The notes under the pieces are model-generated. The model had not been told where the DNA came from. It worked only from the letters and a program-made list of their open reading frames with translations, and did no database searches. From Solirubrobacteraceae bacterium (GTDB lineage Bacteria > Actinomycetota > Thermoleophilia > Solirubrobacterales > Solirubrobacteraceae): a stretch of DNA of 64,000 bases. The stretch spans positions 106,631 to 170,630 of the forward strand of contig DATJRS010000112.1 of NCBI GenBank assembly GCA_035504535.1, given 5' to 3'. Each line of letters opens with the position of its first letter. Position 1 is the first letter of the stretch. This document shows positions 9,456 through 18,908 of this stretch, in pieces. A program made the translations under genes and the position numbers.

Positions 9456-10414
9456 GCGAATGCTCCAGCCGTGATACGTCGTAGCGCCCTCAGCGACCGC
9501 TCCACCCCGGCCTCGATCGACGCGCCGATGCGCGGCGGCGGCTCCTCGTACTCGATCGACACCGGGCCGTCGTAGCCCGCGCCGCCGGCGACGTCGAACA
9601 GCTCCTGCCAGTACTCGTCGCCGTGGCCTTCGCCCACCGACACGAACCGCCACGGAACGTCCTCGCCGTCAGCGCCGTAGCGGAAGTCGAAGATGCCCTC
9701 GCGCCTGATCGCGTCCTCGCGCAGGAGCGTGTCCTTGCCGTGCATCCACCCCAGCTGGTCACCGAGCTCGTCCAGGACGGCCATCGGCTCGATGCCCATC
9801 CACCAGAAGTGACTCGGATCGAAGTTCAGGCGCAGTCTCCCGCCGGCAGCGGCGCTCAGCCGGCGGAACGACGCCGGGTTGTAGGCGGCCGCGCCGGCGT
9901 GCAGCTCGATGCACAGCTGCACCCGCGGGTGCTCGGCCAGCACCGTGCGACCCAGTTCCTCCCAGAACGGCCGGACCCGCTCCTGCCACTGCCAGTTCCA
10001 CAGGTCCTCGCAGTCGGGGTTCAGCGCCCACGGCGCGAAGATCGGAAGCCGGCCGCCGTCCGGTCCGCCCGGACAGCCGCTCATGGTCACGACTCGCTCC
10101 ACCCCGAGCTCGTCGGCGAGCTCGATCGCGCCCCGAATGGCCGCCGCATGGCGCGCCGCAACCGAGGGATCGGGATGGAGCGGGTTGCCGGCGGCGTTCA
10201 CGCACACCAGCGAGATCCCGAACTCGGCGCAATCGGCCAGCAGCTCCGCCCGGGCGCTTCGCTCGCGAAGGACCAGATCAAGATCGACGTGGTCCGCCTG
10301 CCGCCAGCCCCCGACGCCGAGCTCGAACAGCGTGACCTCGCGCTCCGCGCACCAGCGCAGTGCCTCGCGCCGATCGAGATGGGCCAAGCCGTCGTTGAAG
10401 AGTGCGATTTCCAT
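9452..10414 (-). CDS. Sugar phosphate isomerase/epimerase (xylose isomerase-like TIM barrel)
   Basis: GNPLHPD, CIELH, NFDPSH, HGKD, VSIEYE metal-binding motifs. Confidence 0.88.
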   Translation of the reverse strand: MEIALFNDGLAHLDRREALRWCAEREVTLFELGVGGWRQADHVDLDLVLRERSARAELLADCAEFGISLVCVNAAGNPLHPDPSVAARHAAAIRGAIELADELGVERVVTMSGCPGGPDGGRLPIFAPWALNPDCEDLWNWQWQERVRPFWEELGRTVLAEHPRVQLCIELHAGAAAYNPASFRRLSAAAGGRLRLNFDPSHFWWMGIEPMAVLDELGDQLGWMHGKDTLLREDAIRREGIFDFRYGADGEDVPWRFVSVGEGHGDEYWQELFDVAGGAGYDGPVSIEYEEPPPRIGASIEAGVERSLRALRRITAGAFA

Positions 10415-10443
10415 CCGGTCCCTCTCGTCCCGTCCAATCCCCT

Positions 10444-10474
10444 CGTTGAAACGTTTTATTAAAACGTTTCAACG
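10444..10474. promoter_or_regulatory. Double LacI-type operator (31-bp perfect palindrome)
   Basis: CGTTGAAACGTTTTA-T-TAAAACGTTTCAACG just downstream of the minus-strand promoter. Confidence 0.8.
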
Positions 10475-10480
10475 CGACGT

Positions 10481-10509
10481 AAGGTAACCCTCACCGCTCG
10501 CGCTGTCAA
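10481..10509 (-). promoter_or_regulatory. Sigma70-type promoter of the isomerase-LacI-APC operon
   Basis: TTGACA (10509-10504), 17 nt, TACCTT (10486-10481). Confidence 0.65.
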
Positions 10510-10542
10510 GCACAATCTCACGACTTCATGCGGTACAGGCGA

Positions 10543-11301
10543 TCACGCGGTGACGGTTTCGCCGCGCTCGGCCAGCACCAGCCGGTCGGTGACGCTGTTG
10601 CCGGCGAAGGCCGCCCGCAGCTCGGGCGCTCCCTGGGTGAAGTGCGTCCAACCCTCGAAGTGCACCGGAAGGGTGGCGCGGACGCCGAGCACCCTGGTCG
10701 CCTCGGCGGCCCAATCGCTCGACAGCGTCAGGTAGGCGCCGTCAAAGCGGTGGGGTCGCTGGACCGCGCCGGCGAACAGAATCGCGATGTCCGGCTGGCC
10801 GACTCGGTCGACGATCTTCCGCACCACGTCGATCGAGGCGTTGTCGCCCGAGACATACACCTTGTCCTCGCCGTCGGCCTCCAGGATGAACCCGATCACG
10901 GGCCCGTTGGGGTCGTCGGGCCCGATCGGGCCGTGCTGAGCCGGGACCGCCGTGACGGTCACAGAATCGCCACCCGGGCCTTCGACCTCCACCGATGACC
11001 ACGGCTCGAGGCCGACCGCGTTGCCTCCCAGGCGCTCGGCTCCCGCCACGGTGGTGAACACGCGCCCAGCCCGCGGGAGGAACTCGCGTCCGGCCGGATC
11101 GAGGTTGTCGCTGTGATGGTCATGCGAGATGAGCACCACGTCGATCGGAAGCAACGCATCGGGTTCGATCGCCGGCCCGGTGGTCTTGACCAGCCCGCCG
11201 GCGTACTCGCCAGGCGGCGACAGCGCGGGATCGGTCAGCCAGCGCAGTCCGGCGTACTCGAGCACGGCGGTCGGGCCGCCGACGAGGGTGAGCTTGAGCA
11301 T
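10543..11301 (-). CDS. MBL-fold metallo-hydrolase
   Basis: SHDHHSDNLD, PAQHG, SGDN, PVHFEGWTHF; GGAGG RBS. Confidence 0.88.
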   Translation of the reverse strand: MLKLTLVGGPTAVLEYAGLRWLTDPALSPPGEYAGGLVKTTGPAIEPDALLPIDVVLISHDHHSDNLDPAGREFLPRAGRVFTTVAGAERLGGNAVGLEPWSSVEVEGPGGDSVTVTAVPAQHGPIGPDDPNGPVIGFILEADGEDKVYVSGDNASIDVVRKIVDRVGQPDIAILFAGAVQRPHRFDGAYLTLSSDWAAEATRVLGVRATLPVHFEGWTHFTQGAPELRAAFAGNSVTDRLVLAERGETVTA

Positions 11302-11553
11302 CGGTTCCGGCCACCTCCGGTTCGTGGTCTTAGCCAGACACGTTACGACCTGGCCGCCCGGGTCACCTGCAAAAACGCGCATGCCGCGACTCTTGGGCGG
11401 CTCGTGCGCCTTTCTGCATCTGGTGCATGAAGAAGCGCGCGCCGCACTGTGAGAACCCGAGGTATGAGCGGAAATGCAGGAGGTCGACCGCGTCGCCCGA
11501 CCCCCCGCGTCGCTCGCCCCCCCTGCATCGCCCCGACCGTCCGCCTGCGAGCC

Positions 11554-13056
11554 TCAGCGCTCGACGAAGTAGGCGCCGCTCCCCTGCCCGCTCGAGAACC
11601 AGCGGCTGGTCACGGTCTTCTTGCGCGTGTAAAAGTCGACGGCGTCGGTGCCATGGGCGTGCATGTCGCCCAGGAACGAGTCCTTCCATCCGCTGAACGG
11701 GAAGAACGCGACCGGCGCCGCCACGCCGATGTTGACCCCGACCATGCCGGCCTGGACCTCGTGGCGATAGCGCCGGACCGATGAGCCCGACTCGGTGAAG
11801 ATCGAGGTGCCGTTCCCGAACCGGCTCGAGTTCACGATCGAGATCGCCTCATCCAGCGTGGGCGCGCTGATCACGGTCAGCACCGGACCGAAAACCTCCT
11901 CCTGGGCGATGTCCATCTCGGGTGTCACGTCATCCAGGATCGTCGGCCCCACGTACGAGCCGTTGGGATCCCCGCCCTCGGACGAGCGACCGTCCAACAC
12001 CACCTTCGCCCCGGAAGCCTCGCCACGAGCAATCCACTCTCGGATCCGGTCGCGCGCCGCGCACGAGATGACCGGCCCGACGTCGCTCGACTCCTCCAGG
12101 CCGTCCCCCACCCGAAGCGCCCGCGACGCCTCGACCAAGGGACCAAGAAGCTGCTCGTGCGCGTCGCCCACGGTCACCACCACCGACCCGGCCATGCACC
12201 GCTGGCCCGCGGCGCCGAAGGCCGAGCCGATGATCCCCTCGACCGTCTTGTCGATCACCGCATCCGGCATCACGACCATGTGGTTCTTCGCGCCCCCCAG
12301 CGCCTGGACGCGCTTACCCGCGCGAGCTGCGCCCTCGTAGACGATCCGCGCCACCGGCGCCGAGCCGACGAACGACACCGCATCGATCCCGGGGTGCTCC
12401 AGGATCCCCTCGACGACCTCGCGCCCACCGTTCACCAGGTTCACGACGCCCGGCGGCAACCCCAAAGCGTGCAGCTCCTCGAACGCGATCTGCTGCGTCA
12501 AGGGAACCTGCTCGGACGGCTTGAGCACGAACGTGTTCCCGCACGCGATCGCGAACGGCAAGAACCAGAACGGCACCATCGCCGGGAAGTTGAAGGGCAC
12601 GATCGCCGCGCATACCCCGACCGGCTGGCGCACCGTCTCGGCGTCGATGTTGCGCGAGACGTCCTCCAGGATCCGGCCCTGCATGGTCGTCGGAACCGCA
12701 GTCGCGGCCTCGACCATCTCGATCATCCGTGCCACCTCGGCCCGCGCGTCGACGATCGTCTTGCCCATCTCGGTGGTCACCGACCGTGACAGGTCCTCCT
12801 GGCGCGCGATCAACCGCTCGCGCAGCTCAAACAGCTTCCGCGCCCGACCGATCGTCGACACCGCGCGCCACTCGGGCAGCGCCTCGCGCGCGGCGCGAAC
12901 CGCTACGTCCAGGTCGGCCGCGCCGGACAGCGGCACCCGCGCGAGCACCTCGCCGTTGGCCGGGTTGAGTACGTCGAGCTCGCCGGTCGCGGCCTGCGCC
13001 GGCGTCCACTCGCCGTCGATGTAGTTGTCAAGAAGCCGGGTTGCGGTGACTGCCAT
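11554..13056 (-). CDS. iolA: CoA-acylating methylmalonate/malonate-semialdehyde dehydrogenase
   Basis: PFNFPAM, KPSEQVP, GGAKNH, AAGQRCMA, EEVFGPV, FPFSGWKDSF; inside iol cluster. Confidence 0.93.
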   Translation of the reverse strand: MAVTATRLLDNYIDGEWTPAQAATGELDVLNPANGEVLARVPLSGAADLDVAVRAAREALPEWRAVSTIGRARKLFELRERLIARQEDLSRSVTTEMGKTIVDARAEVARMIEMVEAATAVPTTMQGRILEDVSRNIDAETVRQPVGVCAAIVPFNFPAMVPFWFLPFAIACGNTFVLKPSEQVPLTQQIAFEELHALGLPPGVVNLVNGGREVVEGILEHPGIDAVSFVGSAPVARIVYEGAARAGKRVQALGGAKNHMVVMPDAVIDKTVEGIIGSAFGAAGQRCMAGSVVVTVGDAHEQLLGPLVEASRALRVGDGLEESSDVGPVISCAARDRIREWIARGEASGAKVVLDGRSSEGGDPNGSYVGPTILDDVTPEMDIAQEEVFGPVLTVISAPTLDEAISIVNSSRFGNGTSIFTESGSSVRRYRHEVQAGMVGVNIGVAAPVAFFPFSGWKDSFLGDMHAHGTDAVDFYTRKKTVTSRWFSSGQGSGAYFVER

Positions 13057-13861
13057 TGAGGATCCATTCGTGGTCGGGGTCGTTGACGAAGGCCCAGAAG
13101 CGGCTGGGTCCCGCCATCACGTTCAGGTAGTAGAGGTCGTAGCCGGGAGGCGCCGAGACGGTGTGGTAGCCGCGCGGTACCAGCACGCAGTCGCGGTCGC
13201 GGAAGGTCATGGTCTCGTCCAGCGCCGAGTCGTGCGCGTACACGCGCTGCAGCCCGAACCCGCGCTCAGGCTTGATCCGGTGGTAGTAGATCTCCTCGAG
13301 GTGCGACTGGCGCGGGGGGTCGTCGTGGTCGTGCTTGTGCGGCGGATAGCTCGACCAGTGCCCGGCCGGGGTCAGCACCTCGACCACGAGCAGCGACTCC
13401 GCCCCCTGATCGTCCATCAGGATCGGATGGATGAAGCGCTCGTGATCACCGCTCCCGCGCGTCTCGACCTCGATCGCGGCCCCGGGCAGGACACGCGGGT
13501 CGGCGCCACCCTTGTGCGCCGGCCCCCAGCACAGGGCGACCTCGGCGCCGTCGTCGGCGGCGCGCACCTCGACGTGCGACTCGGGCGGCAGGTAGGCGGC
13601 GTCGGGCAGCCCCGACCACGGGTCCGGACGACCACCGAGGTCGAACCATTCGCCGTGCTCGGAGGCCACATGCACCACGCCCGAGATCACGACGATGCAC
13701 AGCTCGCGGGGACCGCAGAGGCGTTCGGCGGTCCCGCCACCGGGAAGGACCAGGACCTCAAAGCCGACGTGCTCCCACCCCGCGGACTCGGGGGTCACGG
13801 TCAGGATCGTGCCGTCCACTTCAGAAGGGGTCGAAGCCCCAGAGACAAGTAGCTCACTCAT
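13028..13861 (-). CDS. iolB: 5-deoxy-glucuronate isomerase
   Basis: GHWSSYPPHKHD, LEEIYY, VPRGYH, YYLNVMAGP. Confidence 0.95.
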   Translation of the reverse strand: MSELLVSGASTPSEVDGTILTVTPESAGWEHVGFEVLVLPGGGTAERLCGPRELCIVVISGVVHVASEHGEWFDLGGRPDPWSGLPDAAYLPPESHVEVRAADDGAEVALCWGPAHKGGADPRVLPGAAIEVETRGSGDHERFIHPILMDDQGAESLLVVEVLTPAGHWSSYPPHKHDHDDPPRQSHLEEIYYHRIKPERGFGLQRVYAHDSALDETMTFRDRDCVLVPRGYHTVSAPPGYDLYYLNVMAGPSRFWAFVNDPDHEWILNGSHRNPAS

Positions 13862-15749
13862 TCCAGGAGCGTAGATACTGACGCTGCTGTGCGTGGTCGC
13901 GCTCGTAGGCCTCGCGCGCCGCCCGCACGCTCTCCTCCTCGGACACCTCGGCCACCGGCACGTCCCACCAGCTCTCGTAGCCGGGCACGCCCTGGTAGCG
14001 GTCGGCCTCGATGTGGATCACCACCGGCCCGGCCGCGCCCCGCGCGCCGGCCAGCCCCGCGCGCAGATCCTCGATCGTGCGCGCCCGGATCACCCAGGCG
14101 CCCAGGCTCTCGGCGTTGGCGGCGAGGTCGAGCGGCAGCACCTCGGTCGATGCCGGATCCAGCGGCACCGAGCCGTTCTCAGAGAAGCGGTAGAGCGTCC
14201 CGAACCCGGCCGAGCCGACCGACCGCGACAGCGCGCCGATCGACGCGTAGCCGTGGTTGTCGACGAGCACGACGACGATCGGGACACGCTGCGCGACCGC
14301 GGTGACGAGCTCGCCCGGGAGCATCAGGTAGGAGCCGTCGCCGATCAGCACGTACACCTCACGCTCGGGCGCGGCCAGCTTGACCCCCATCCCGCCCGGG
14401 ATCTCGTAGCCCATGCACGAGTAGCCGTATTCGACGTGGTAGGACTTGCCCGCGGGATCACGCGCGCGCCAGAGCTTGTGCAGGTCCCCGGGGGCCGAGC
14501 CCGCCGCGCACACGACCACGCCGGTCTCGCCGGCCGCGTCGTTGATTTCTTTGATTATTTGAGCCTGGGATGGCGGGCCTGGCTGGTCCCCATTGCCCGA
14601 GACGACCCGCGCGACCTCCTCAGCCCACGCCTTGGACTCCGAAGCCGCGCGCTCCTCCCACGCGGCGTCGACCCGGTGCCCGGCGAGCGCCTCGCGGAGC
14701 TGCTCGAGGGCCACCCGGGCGTCGGCCAGCACCGGCAGCCCGCTCTGCTTGCCGGCGTCGAACGCGGCCACGTTGACGTTGACGAACCGCACGCCGGGGT
14801 CCTGGAAGGCCGAGTGCGACGCGGTCGTGAAGTCGCTCCAGCGCGTCCCGATCCCGATCACCACATCGGCGTCGTGCGCCAACCGATTAGCCCCCGCCGC
14901 GCCAGTGGCCCCCAACGATCCCATGCTAAGCGGATGGTCAGACAGGAGCGCGCCGCGCCCGGCCATCGTCTCGCCCACCGGGATTCCGGTGGCGTCGACG
15001 AATTCCCGAAGCGCCGCCGTCGCCTCGCTGTAGATGACCCCGCCCCCGGCCACGATCAGCGGTCGCTTGGCTCCCCGGATCAACCCGGCCGCCCGCGCCA
15101 GCGCCTCGGGCGCCGGCGGCTGGCGGTAGACCGTCCAGACGCGTGGCTCCAGGAACGCGTCGGGCACCTCGAACGCCTCGGCCTGCACATCCTCGGGCAG
15201 CGCCAGCGTGACCGCTCCGGTCTCGGCCGGATCGGTGAGCACCCGCATCGCCTCGAGCGCGGCCGGTATGAGCTGCTCGGGCCGCTGCACCCGCTCGTAG
15301 AAGCGAGACACCGGGCGAAAGCAGTCGTTGACCGACACGGTCGCGTCGTGCGCCACCTCGAGCATCTGGAGCACCGGATGGGGCGTGCGGGTGGCGAACG
15401 TGTCGCTGGGCAGCAGCAGCACGGGCAGGCGGTTGATCGTGGCCAGCGCCGCACCGGTGACCATGTTCGTCGCCCCCGGCCCGACCGAGGTCGTGCACGC
15501 GAAGGTCGAAAGGCGGTTCTTCTGACGCGCGTAGCCGGCCGCGACGTGCACCATCCCCTGCTCGTTGCGCGCCGGGTGAAACGGCAGCAGCTCCTGGTAC
15601 TGGTGAAGCGCCTGCCCCAGCCCGGCCACGTTGCCGTGCCCGAAGATCCCGAAGCACCCGGCGATGAGCCGCTCGCGCCGGCCGTCGCGCTCGGTCTCCT
15701 GCACGGCCAGGAAGCGGACCAGCGCCTGGGCCACGGTCAGCCGGCTCAT
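13854..15749 (-). CDS. iolD: 3D-(3,5/4)-trihydroxycyclohexane-1,2-dione hydrolase
   Basis: RLTVAQALVRFL, GIFGHGNVAG, EYGYSCMGYEI, TPP motif GDGSYLM. Confidence 0.95.
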   Translation of the reverse strand: MSRLTVAQALVRFLAVQETERDGRRERLIAGCFGIFGHGNVAGLGQALHQYQELLPFHPARNEQGMVHVAAGYARQKNRLSTFACTTSVGPGATNMVTGAALATINRLPVLLLPSDTFATRTPHPVLQMLEVAHDATVSVNDCFRPVSRFYERVQRPEQLIPAALEAMRVLTDPAETGAVTLALPEDVQAEAFEVPDAFLEPRVWTVYRQPPAPEALARAAGLIRGAKRPLIVAGGGVIYSEATAALREFVDATGIPVGETMAGRGALLSDHPLSMGSLGATGAAGANRLAHDADVVIGIGTRWSDFTTASHSAFQDPGVRFVNVNVAAFDAGKQSGLPVLADARVALEQLREALAGHRVDAAWEERAASESKAWAEEVARVVSGNGDQPGPPSQAQIIKEINDAAGETGVVVCAAGSAPGDLHKLWRARDPAGKSYHVEYGYSCMGYEIPGGMGVKLAAPEREVYVLIGDGSYLMLPGELVTAVAQRVPIVVVLVDNHGYASIGALSRSVGSAGFGTLYRFSENGSVPLDPASTEVLPLDLAANAESLGAWVIRARTIEDLRAGLAGARGAAGPVVIHIEADRYQGVPGYESWWDVPVAEVSEEESVRAAREAYERDHAQQRQYLRSWNE

Positions 15750-16663
15750 GCCAGGCTCCACGACGATTCCATCTCGGCCCGCAGCCGTCCGAGCATCGTG
15801 TCCAGATCGGGCAGCTCGATCCCAAGCGCCCGCGCCGTGAAGCGGGCATCGAGGCGGGTATCGCGCGGGACCGGCTCTGCTCCGACCACGCCGCTCGGCG
15901 GCGCCACCACGTCCAGCAGCTCTGGATCGAGCTCGAACACCTCAACCGCTCGGTGAGCGAGGCCCACCCGATCGATGTGCTCGCCGCCGCAGCAGTGCAG
16001 CACGCCGGTCGCCTCGCGCTCGAGCGCGCGCCAGATCATCCGGCCGGCATCGCTGGCGAGCGTCGGCGTGGCGAGCCGGTTGAGCTCCGGCCCGTCCCAC
16101 ACGCCAAAGCGCTCGCCGGCCCGGAGCGTGTCGACGAGCGACAGCACCAGGTATCCGAAGCCGGCGTCCTGGGCCCTGGGCGTCTGGGGCCGCGCCCGGT
16201 GGACGCCCTGCACCCCGGCGATCCGGGCGATCGTCCCCCGCCCGGCGCGCTCGGTTACCACCAGCTCGCAGGACGCCTTGAGGAACCCGTAGGCGTTGAT
16301 CGGGTTCGGCGGCTCCGACTCGCGCGCGGGTCCTTGCCTGCCGTCGAACACCCAGTCGGTCGAGATCAGCACCATGTGGGCATCGAGCGCATTGGCCGCC
16401 GCCACGACGTTGCGCGTGGCACCCACGTAGGACTCCCAGGCGCGTCGGCGGTCCGAGCGCAGACCCGCTGGATCGTTCCAGATCGCGGTGTGGACGATCG
16501 CGTCGGGCCTGGTCGCCAGAACCGAGCGGCGCACGAGCCCCTCGTCGGTCAGCTCGACGTGCTCGTGCCCGGGCGCCACCACCTCGGCACCGTGCTCCTC
16601 GGCGAACACGTGCGCGAGGTTCGAGCCGACGAACCCGCTCGCCCCGGTCAGGTAGATCCTCAA
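15746..16663 (-). CDS. RmlD-like NAD(P)-dependent extended SDR reductase
   Basis: TGASGFVG, STDWVFDG, YGFLK (YxxxK), ATPT; overlaps neighbouring genes on both sides. Confidence 0.85.
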   Translation of the reverse strand: MRIYLTGASGFVGSNLAHVFAEEHGAEVVAPGHEHVELTDEGLVRRSVLATRPDAIVHTAIWNDPAGLRSDRRRAWESYVGATRNVVAAANALDAHMVLISTDWVFDGRQGPARESEPPNPINAYGFLKASCELVVTERAGRGTIARIAGVQGVHRARPQTPRAQDAGFGYLVLSLVDTLRAGERFGVWDGPELNRLATPTLASDAGRMIWRALEREATGVLHCCGGEHIDRVGLAHRAVEVFELDPELLDVVAPPSGVVGAEPVPRDTRLDARFTARALGIELPDLDTMLGRLRAEMESSWSLA

Positions 16664-17700
16664 GCGCTCTTCACCTCATCGACGCGCACGGGACGACCCT
16701 CTCGCAACGAGCGCCCCGCCGCAAGCCCAATCACCAGCGGGGCGCGTGCGTCGGCCGTGGAGACCGGCGGATCCTCCCCGCGCTTGACCGCGTCGACAAA
16801 CGCCTCCCACTCGCGCACGTAGCTCGGCAGGTAGCGCTCGAGGAAGAAGTACGGGTTTGGCGGGCGCTTCACCCCGGCCGCGGTGATCACGCTCCCCGTG
16901 TGGGCGCAGGGATTCTCGGACGCGGCCATGCCCTCAGATCCGAACACCTCGACCCGCTGGTCGTAGCCGTACGCGGCCCGGCGCGAGTTGTCAATCGCGG
17001 TCAGGCAACCGTCCTCGTGCACGAGCGTGACCAGCGCGGTGTCGATGTCGCCCGCCTCCGCGAACAACGGGTCCACCCGCACCGCACCGCGAGCAAACAC
17101 CTCGACCACTTCGGTCCCGGTCACGTACCGGGCCATGTCGAAGTCGTGGATCATCATGTCGAGGAACAGCCCGCCCGAGCTCTTGACGTACTCGAGCGGT
17201 GGCGGCGCCGGATCCCGGCTCGAGATCCGCACCAGGTGGGGCTCGCCGACCGCCCCTGAGGCCACCGCCTCCCGCACCGACGCGTGGGCGGGATCGAAGC
17301 GGCGGTTGAAGCCGATTTGGAATGGGACCCCCGCCCCCCCGCCGGCGTCCTGCACCGCGCCGAGCGCGCGGTCGAGCTCGGCCAGATCGAGCGACACCGG
17401 CTTCTCGCAGAACACCGCCTTGCCGGCCTGAGCGGCCGCGACCATCAGCTCCACGTGCGTGTCGGAGCTCGAGCAGATAGCCACCGCATCGAGCTCGGAG
17501 TCGAAGATCTCGTGCACCGCGCCGACCGCCGGCACGCCCAGCTCGGCGGCCACATCGCGCGCCAGCGGCTCGTGGGCGTCGAACACCGCCCCGAGCGCGG
17601 CGCCGGGCACCTGGTGGGCGATCAGTCCGGCGTGCATGCGACCGATCCTCCCGACGCCGATCACCCCGATCCGAAGCGGTGCGACGGCCGTCACGGTCAC
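16660..17700 (-). CDS. iolG: Myo-inositol 2-dehydrogenase
   Basis: GVGRIG, CEKP, GFNRRFD, SRDP, GGLFLDMMIHDFD, YGYDQRVE, FFLERY; GTG 17700 overlaps upstream TGA. Confidence 0.93.
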   Translation of the reverse strand: MTVTAVAPLRIGVIGVGRIGRMHAGLIAHQVPGAALGAVFDAHEPLARDVAAELGVPAVGAVHEIFDSELDAVAICSSSDTHVELMVAAAQAGKAVFCEKPVSLDLAELDRALGAVQDAGGGAGVPFQIGFNRRFDPAHASVREAVASGAVGEPHLVRISSRDPAPPPLEYVKSSGGLFLDMMIHDFDMARYVTGTEVVEVFARGAVRVDPLFAEAGDIDTALVTLVHEDGCLTAIDNSRRAAYGYDQRVEVFGSEGMAASENPCAHTGSVITAAGVKRPPNPYFFLERYLPSYVREWEAFVDAVKRGEDPPVSTADARAPLVIGLAAGRSLREGRPVRVDEVKSA

Positions 17701-18908
17701 GAACCTCCCACCTCCTCCCATCCCCCGCTCTTGACCGAGCGCAGCAGCGCGTCCTGCACGTGGGCCCAGGCCAGCGCCGCCTCGAAGCTCGGCTCGAACG
17801 CCCGGTCCTCGGCTACCGCGGCGCAGAACTCGTAGTCCTCGATCGTCACCAGATCCTCGAACCCGATCGCGTTGCCGCTCCCGGGGACGAACGTGCCGTG
17901 ATGGCCGAAGCGATCGCCGCCGAGCACCGTCGTGTATCCCGACGCACGGTCGTCGGTCACGCGATAGAGGCGCAGCTCGTTCAGACGCTCGAGGTTCCAG
18001 CCGACCGCTCCGCGCGTGCCGTAGACGTCGAACGCGTTCTCGCTTTCGGGCCCGACCATGGTCCGGCTGACCTCGACCGTGCCCCGCGCGCCGGACGCGA
18101 ACTCGCACAGCATCGCGGCGTAGTCCTCGTTGGTCACCGGCGTGCGCGGGTCCTCGGCCCGGCCGCGGCCGTAGTGGCCCGCTCCGTCGGGCGGCGCCGG
18201 GCGCTCGCGGATGAAGGTCTCGAGCGTCCCGGTCACCCTGGTGATCGGACCGAGCAGCATGTGCGCCAGGTCGACGGCGTGGCTCATCAGATCGCTGGTC
18301 ACCCCGTAGCCGGCCTGGTCGAGCTGGAAGCGCCAGGAGTTCACGCCTAACGGGTCGGCTCCGTACATCGAGAAGAACCGGCCGCGGTAGTTGGTGATCT
18401 CGCCCAGCTCGCCGCTGGAGATCAGCTCGCGGGCGTAGCCCACGAGCGGAGCCCACCGGTAGTTGTAGCCGACCCCGCTGATCACGCCCGCGGTTCTCGC
18501 CGCCACCGCGGCGCGCGCCACCTGCTCGGGCGTGCCGCCGACGGGCTTCTCGCAGAACACCGCCTTGCCCGCCTGCGCGGCCGCCTCGACCAGCTGCACG
18601 TGCACCATGTTCGGCGCCGCGATGTAGACGACCTCCACGTCCGGGTCCTCGATCACCGACTCCCACGCCGCCGAGGCCCGCTTGAACCCGAACGAGGTGA
18701 TCGCCTGATCGAGCCGGTCCGGCAGGGCATCGCTGCAGGCGACGAGCGTCGTGTCGAAGGGGCGGTTCTGAAACAGCGTCGGGATCCGCAGCAGCGAGCG
18801 CGTGTGCGCCTGGCCGAGCCAGCCGAAGCCGATCACGCCGACGCCGATCCGCCGCCGCGCACCACTCACCCGCGCGGCCACCCCCTCCCGGGTCGCGGTC
18901 GTGGTCAT
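17697..18908 (-). CDS. Gfo/Idh/MocA oxidoreductase (second inositol-isomer/sugar dehydrogenase)
   Basis: GFGWLG, CEKP, GYNYRWAP, DLMSH, NEDY. Confidence 0.88.
   Translation of the reverse strand: MTTTATREGVAARVSGARRRIGVGVIGFGWLGQAHTRSLLRIPTLFQNRPFDTTLVACSDALPDRLDQAITSFGFKRASAAWESVIEDPDVEVVYIAAPNMVHVQLVEAAAQAGKAVFCEKPVGGTPEQVARAAVAARTAGVISGVGYNYRWAPLVGYARELISSGELGEITNYRGRFFSMYGADPLGVNSWRFQLDQAGYGVTSDLMSHAVDLAHMLLGPITRVTGTLETFIRERPAPPDGAGHYGRGRAEDPRTPVTNEDYAAMLCEFASGARGTVEVSRTMVGPESENAFDVYGTRGAVGWNLERLNELRLYRVTDDRASGYTTVLGGDRFGHHGTFVPGSGNAIGFEDLVTIEDYEFCAAVAEDRAFEPSFEAALAWAHVQDALLRSVKSGGWEEVGGS

Noticed and set aside
16660-18666. 668-aa ORF suggesting an N-terminally extended IolG
   Set aside because: The extension is an alternative frame of the upstream dehydrogenase; IolG homology starts at GTG 17700
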